Source: Caldisericia bacterium (GTDB lineage Bacteria; Caldisericota; Caldisericia; JAAYUI01). From it: 64,000 nt of DNA. The DNA lies in the NCBI GenBank assembly GCA_963674785.1, contig OY771555.1:2048001-2112000 (forward strand), given 5' to 3'. A model generated the notes under the pieces. That model did no database searches, had not been told where the DNA came from, and was given only the letters and a program-made list of their open reading frames with translations. A program made the position numbers and the translations under genes. Positions 60,837-64,000 of this stretch are shown here, piece by piece. Numbering within the stretch: position 1 is the first letter of the stretch; the number at the start of each line of letters is the position of its first letter.

Positions 60837-61977
60837 ATCCCATTACTTTATTGAAAAGTGCTGGACCAAGAAGTTTGCCAAAGAACTGTTCAAGACCGTC
60901 CCATGGAATGTTTCCTTTAATTCTATCATAAATCTGAGGTTCATATCTGTCTGAAAGCTTTCTCACAAATGCTGCAACATTTGACTGTCCCTGTGCAGCC
61001 ATCCATGATGCTTCAACCTCGGCATAGACATCAACATCCACATAATCATTTTTTTCTAAATCCCAAAGCTTAAACACTCCATGTAAATCAGGCTTCTGTT
61101 CGGGATGTCTTGCGAGGACCTTGATGATTTTGTATCCACTCTTTTGAGTAACAACACCGCGTGTCTCACCAACACCAATTGATGCATAATTCTCAGAAGG
61201 TGGGAACAAAGCATTTGCAACTTCAAGATCAGAGATTGCTGCCTTCATAACAGACTTCATAAGACCACAATTCTCTTTGCTTTCAACATCAGTTGAGTAT
61301 TCTTGAACGAGATCACAAAAATCTTCACCTTCCCTGAGCTTATTGATTACCTCATTATGAGCTTCCTCATCTGGAACAGCAATAACTCTGTAGTCAACAT
61401 TTTCAGGTACAGTGTATGATTGACGATTTATTTCAAAGTAATCTTGAAGCTCATTTTCTGATGGAGTTGGAACATTATCCATGATTGGGTATGTAACCTT
61501 CTCGTATGTGAGCTGGTTAATTACCTGTGATCTGAATTCTGATTTGCTGACTCCACCTTCTGCAAGATACTCATTCAACTCCATGTTTGCGATCTGTAAA
61601 ACATATTCGATTCTTGCGTCAATCTCTTCATTTGTTGGTGGTTCAACATTTGTATCTTTTGCGTGCTGAAGGACAACGAAGAAATTGGTTAGGTTTGTGA
61701 TCGCTTGCTTTCTTGCAGCCTCATATGTCTCTTCCTGTTCGGCAACTGTCGCATTTGTTGGAGCTTGAAGGCCATATCTTTGGAGATTCATGATTTCAAG
61801 TTCAATCATTCTCTCGGTGATTGGATAATCAACAACAACTCGGGCTATGTCTCTTTTTGAATAGACATACAAAAACATGCTACCCAAAACAATAATTATC
61901 AAAACAAGAAGTCCGGCAATATATGGTAAGATATTGAATCTCTTCTTCGGTTTCTGATCAATAACTTTTCTACTCAT
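60826..61977 (-). CDS. PrsA/SurA-like foldase with degenerate parvulin domain
   Basis: Close paralog of 59751..60836 (QAITNLTNFFVVL/QAISNLTDFFLVL; NRQSYTVPE/NRQTYVMPE; ANALFPP); GEDFCDLVQEYSTD. Confidence 0.82.
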   Translation of the reverse strand: MSRKVIDQKPKKRFNILPYIAGLLVLIIIVLGSMFLYVYSKRDIARVVVDYPITERMIELEIMNLQRYGLQAPTNATVAEQEETYEAARKQAITNLTNFFVVLQHAKDTNVEPPTNEEIDARIEYVLQIANMELNEYLAEGGVSKSEFRSQVINQLTYEKVTYPIMDNVPTPSENELQDYFEINRQSYTVPENVDYRVIAVPDEEAHNEVINKLREGEDFCDLVQEYSTDVESKENCGLMKSVMKAAISDLEVANALFPPSENYASIGVGETRGVVTQKSGYKIIKVLARHPEQKPDLHGVFKLWDLEKNDYVDVDVYAEVEASWMAAQGQSNVAAFVRKLSDRYEPQIYDRIKGNIPWDGLEQFFGKLLGPALFNKVMGFEY

Positions 61978-62006
61978 CTGTATGATATCTCCTTTAAGCT
62001 CGAAAA

Positions 62007-63713
62007 TTAAGGTATGACAGTTTCTGTCTGTGTTCCAAAACCATTTGGTTGAGTCATATACTCAACGTTAAGCTCTTCTCTTGCTTTCTCCATCCATTTA
62101 TTTTCAAACTCAGCTTTTAACTCATTTGTTCTGTCAGAAACAACTTGTTCTTTTATATCAGAAAAGACAGCAATTGATTCATCCCTGTGCATTATGACTT
62201 TACCAATTACCCAACCGTTTTCAACCTGTATTACTTCAGGATAAACCTCTCCATCATCAATTGTCCAAAGCTTTTCAATAACAGCTTTTTCATATGGATA
62301 CATTCCCTGTCCATCAAGTTCAGTGGCTATATCAAGGCTTGCCCAGAAGAATCCACTTGAATCAGACGCCATGAAGGATGGCATTTCTCCGCCATTTGAT
62401 TTTGTTATCTGGTCATCAGAATACAAAGAAACTGCTTCAACAAAATCTAATTCGCCGCTGAGAATTTTCTTTAATGCCTCATCTGCTCGAACTTTTGGAT
62501 TAACTGGCATTTCGCCATCTTCATCTGGTTCTGCACTGTTGAGAATATTTATCGTAGCAAGTCTGATTCCTTCTGGGAGATCATATCTTGTTCCATTAGC
62601 ATCAGCATCAATTATTTTGATAACATGGAAACCGAACTGGGTCTGTACAACTGGTGAAATCTCTCCAAGCCTTAACCTTAAAGCAGCCTGCTCAAATTCG
62701 GTCACAAATTGTCCGCCCTGATCTGAAACAAGTGCCCCATTTGAAATTGTGTACCAACCAAGATCTCCATGATTTTGTTTGGCAGTTGGATCTTCTGAAA
62801 CATCAAAAGCAAGTGATAAAAAGTCTGAGTCTGAAAGTGCTGTCAATCTTGCTTTCTCAGCGTTTTCTCTTGCTTCTTTTTCAAGCTCTTTTGGGTCACT
62901 TTCAGGGTTAAATGAATAAAGAATATGGGCTATTCTAATTCTGCCTGGAGCTTCGAACCAACTTCTTGCCTCGGTCTCAGATACCTTTATGCTATCGAGC
63001 TCTTCACCATAAAGCATTCTTTTGTAGGTGTCAGTTGTAAGTTCAGCGGGGTATCTCATCACAAAGTCGTTCTTCAGATCATCATCTGAGCCGAACCCCT
63101 GCGATGCAAGCCAGGTTTCCCACTGTTCCTGATCATTTTCATCCCATTTTGAAACATCTTTACCGGACACATATGGTTTAATCTGTGAATCAATTGTCAA
63201 AAAAGCGGTTTGAGCAATATCATCATCTGATAACTGTATACCTTCTTTTTTTGCATACTCCTCAAAGATAATCTCCTGAACCATCTGACCCAAAGCATAA
63301 TTCTTTGCTTGAGCGATTTGTCCTACTATTTGTGGATCTTCAAGGTCAAGCTGTTCTGGAGTCATTTGCTGCGATTGAGCAAGAATTCTGATTGCACGTT
63401 CAGTAACTTCACCATCAGTGAGTTCTCTATCAGCCACTTTTGCAAGTGTTTCACCAGCCTCAATAGAGATGCTGGGGGAATTATCTGCGGGAACATTTAC
63501 ATCATCACCACTTTTTCCAGATGGCTTCCCAACAATATAAAAAACTAGAAAGGCTATTAAGGCTATAAGAACAACCCCCATGACCCAAAGAATCCAATTG
63601 TTACCTTTGTTTTCAGCTGTTTCAATCTCAGCTGTCTCCCCAACCAATTCACTATTCTTCTCGGTTACCTGTTCTTCAATCTCATTAAAAACCTGATCTT
63701 TTTCTTCTTCCAT
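62007..63713 (-). CDS. PrsA/SurA-like peptidyl-prolyl isomerase with two parvulin domains
   Basis: TM anchor. Intact domain IAHIL...SEDPTAKQNHGDLGW...FEQAA...GEISPVVQTQFGFHVIK; second domain lacks the His residues. Confidence 0.88.
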   Translation of the reverse strand: MEEEKDQVFNEIEEQVTEKNSELVGETAEIETAENKGNNWILWVMGVVLIALIAFLVFYIVGKPSGKSGDDVNVPADNSPSISIEAGETLAKVADRELTDGEVTERAIRILAQSQQMTPEQLDLEDPQIVGQIAQAKNYALGQMVQEIIFEEYAKKEGIQLSDDDIAQTAFLTIDSQIKPYVSGKDVSKWDENDQEQWETWLASQGFGSDDDLKNDFVMRYPAELTTDTYKRMLYGEELDSIKVSETEARSWFEAPGRIRIAHILYSFNPESDPKELEKEARENAEKARLTALSDSDFLSLAFDVSEDPTAKQNHGDLGWYTISNGALVSDQGGQFVTEFEQAALRLRLGEISPVVQTQFGFHVIKIIDADANGTRYDLPEGIRLATINILNSAEPDEDGEMPVNPKVRADEALKKILSGELDFVEAVSLYSDDQITKSNGGEMPSFMASDSSGFFWASLDIATELDGQGMYPYEKAVIEKLWTIDDGEVYPEVIQVENGWVIGKVIMHRDESIAVFSDIKEQVVSDRTNELKAEFENKWMEKAREELNVEYMTQPNGFGTQTETVIP

Positions 63714-63811
63714 GATAATTCCTTTCCACAAAAAAGTGGTAGCAATTCTTGTATCCTAACAAATCAAACCCCACAAATGTTCCAGGATATAAGTGCATCC
63801 TCAGATGATAC

Positions 63812-63868
63812 AAAAAAAACGGGGCAGAAACAGTAACAAACCGTTACATGTTATCATACCCCGTTTTT
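63812..63868 (-). terminator. Long bulged hairpin with U8 tail, likely terminator of the upstream minus-strand gene
   Basis: Minus strand CGGGGTA..AACA.GTAAC-GGTTT-GTTAC-TGTT..TGCCCCG-TTTTTTTT. Confidence 0.7.
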
Positions 63869-63898
63869 GTATTTATTCTTTACTTAAAAATACGGCAA

Positions 63899-64000
63899 CT
63901 ATGGAGCAGTGGCTTCACCACCCTGTTGTTGGAGTATCTGCTGTAATTCTTCCTGGGTCATCTCTGGCATATCTAATGGAACCTCAGTTGATGTTGAAGA
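63899..64000 (-). CDS. 3' end of a gene that starts outside the window
   Basis: Open frame SSTSTEVPLDMPEMTQEELQQILQQQGGEATAP* followed by the terminator hairpin. Confidence 0.6.
   Translation of the reverse strand, partial: SSTSTEVPLDMPEMTQEELQQILQQQGGEATAP

Noticed and set aside
1-64000. tRNA, rRNA, CRISPR arrays, IS elements
   Set aside because: Intergenic spaces are short, and none shows a cloverleaf, repeat-spacer periodicity, terminal inverted repeats or a transposase.

Overview
AT-rich bacterial chromosome segment of mostly housekeeping genes. Several secreted proteins carry copper-amine-oxidase-like 'stalk' domains, which suggests Caldisericota or a similar anaerobe (inference only). 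Core genes: gatA/gatB, gap-pgk, panT-coaX-dusB, the rimP-nusA-ylxR-infB-DUF503-rbfA-nrnA-truB-ribF operon extended by methylmalonyl-CoA mutase and epimerase, rsmG, and cdaA-cdaR-thiN. I saw no rRNA, tRNA, CRISPR array, integrase or transposase. Unusual elements: (1) a ~2025-aa secreted protein with about 22 divergent OB-fold-like repeats whose cysteines appear and disappear in three pairs; (2) four paralogous coiled-coil/2TM genes, two with a Zn ribbon, between gatA and gatB; (3) a pseudokinase-STAND-TPR-GAF protein with no output domain, followed by an active PEGA Ser/Thr kinase, an NHL protein and a giant C25 protease; (4) a two-hairpin, bulged-A leader resembling the pan RNA motif ahead of panT-coaX; (5) a stand-alone SecD P1-like protein; (6) tandem, largely degenerate PrsA/SurA foldases; (7) a solitary GmrSD-type nuclease. 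Two genes are split by single-base frameshifts that may be assembly errors. All domain calls come from motif recognition by eye, not database searches.
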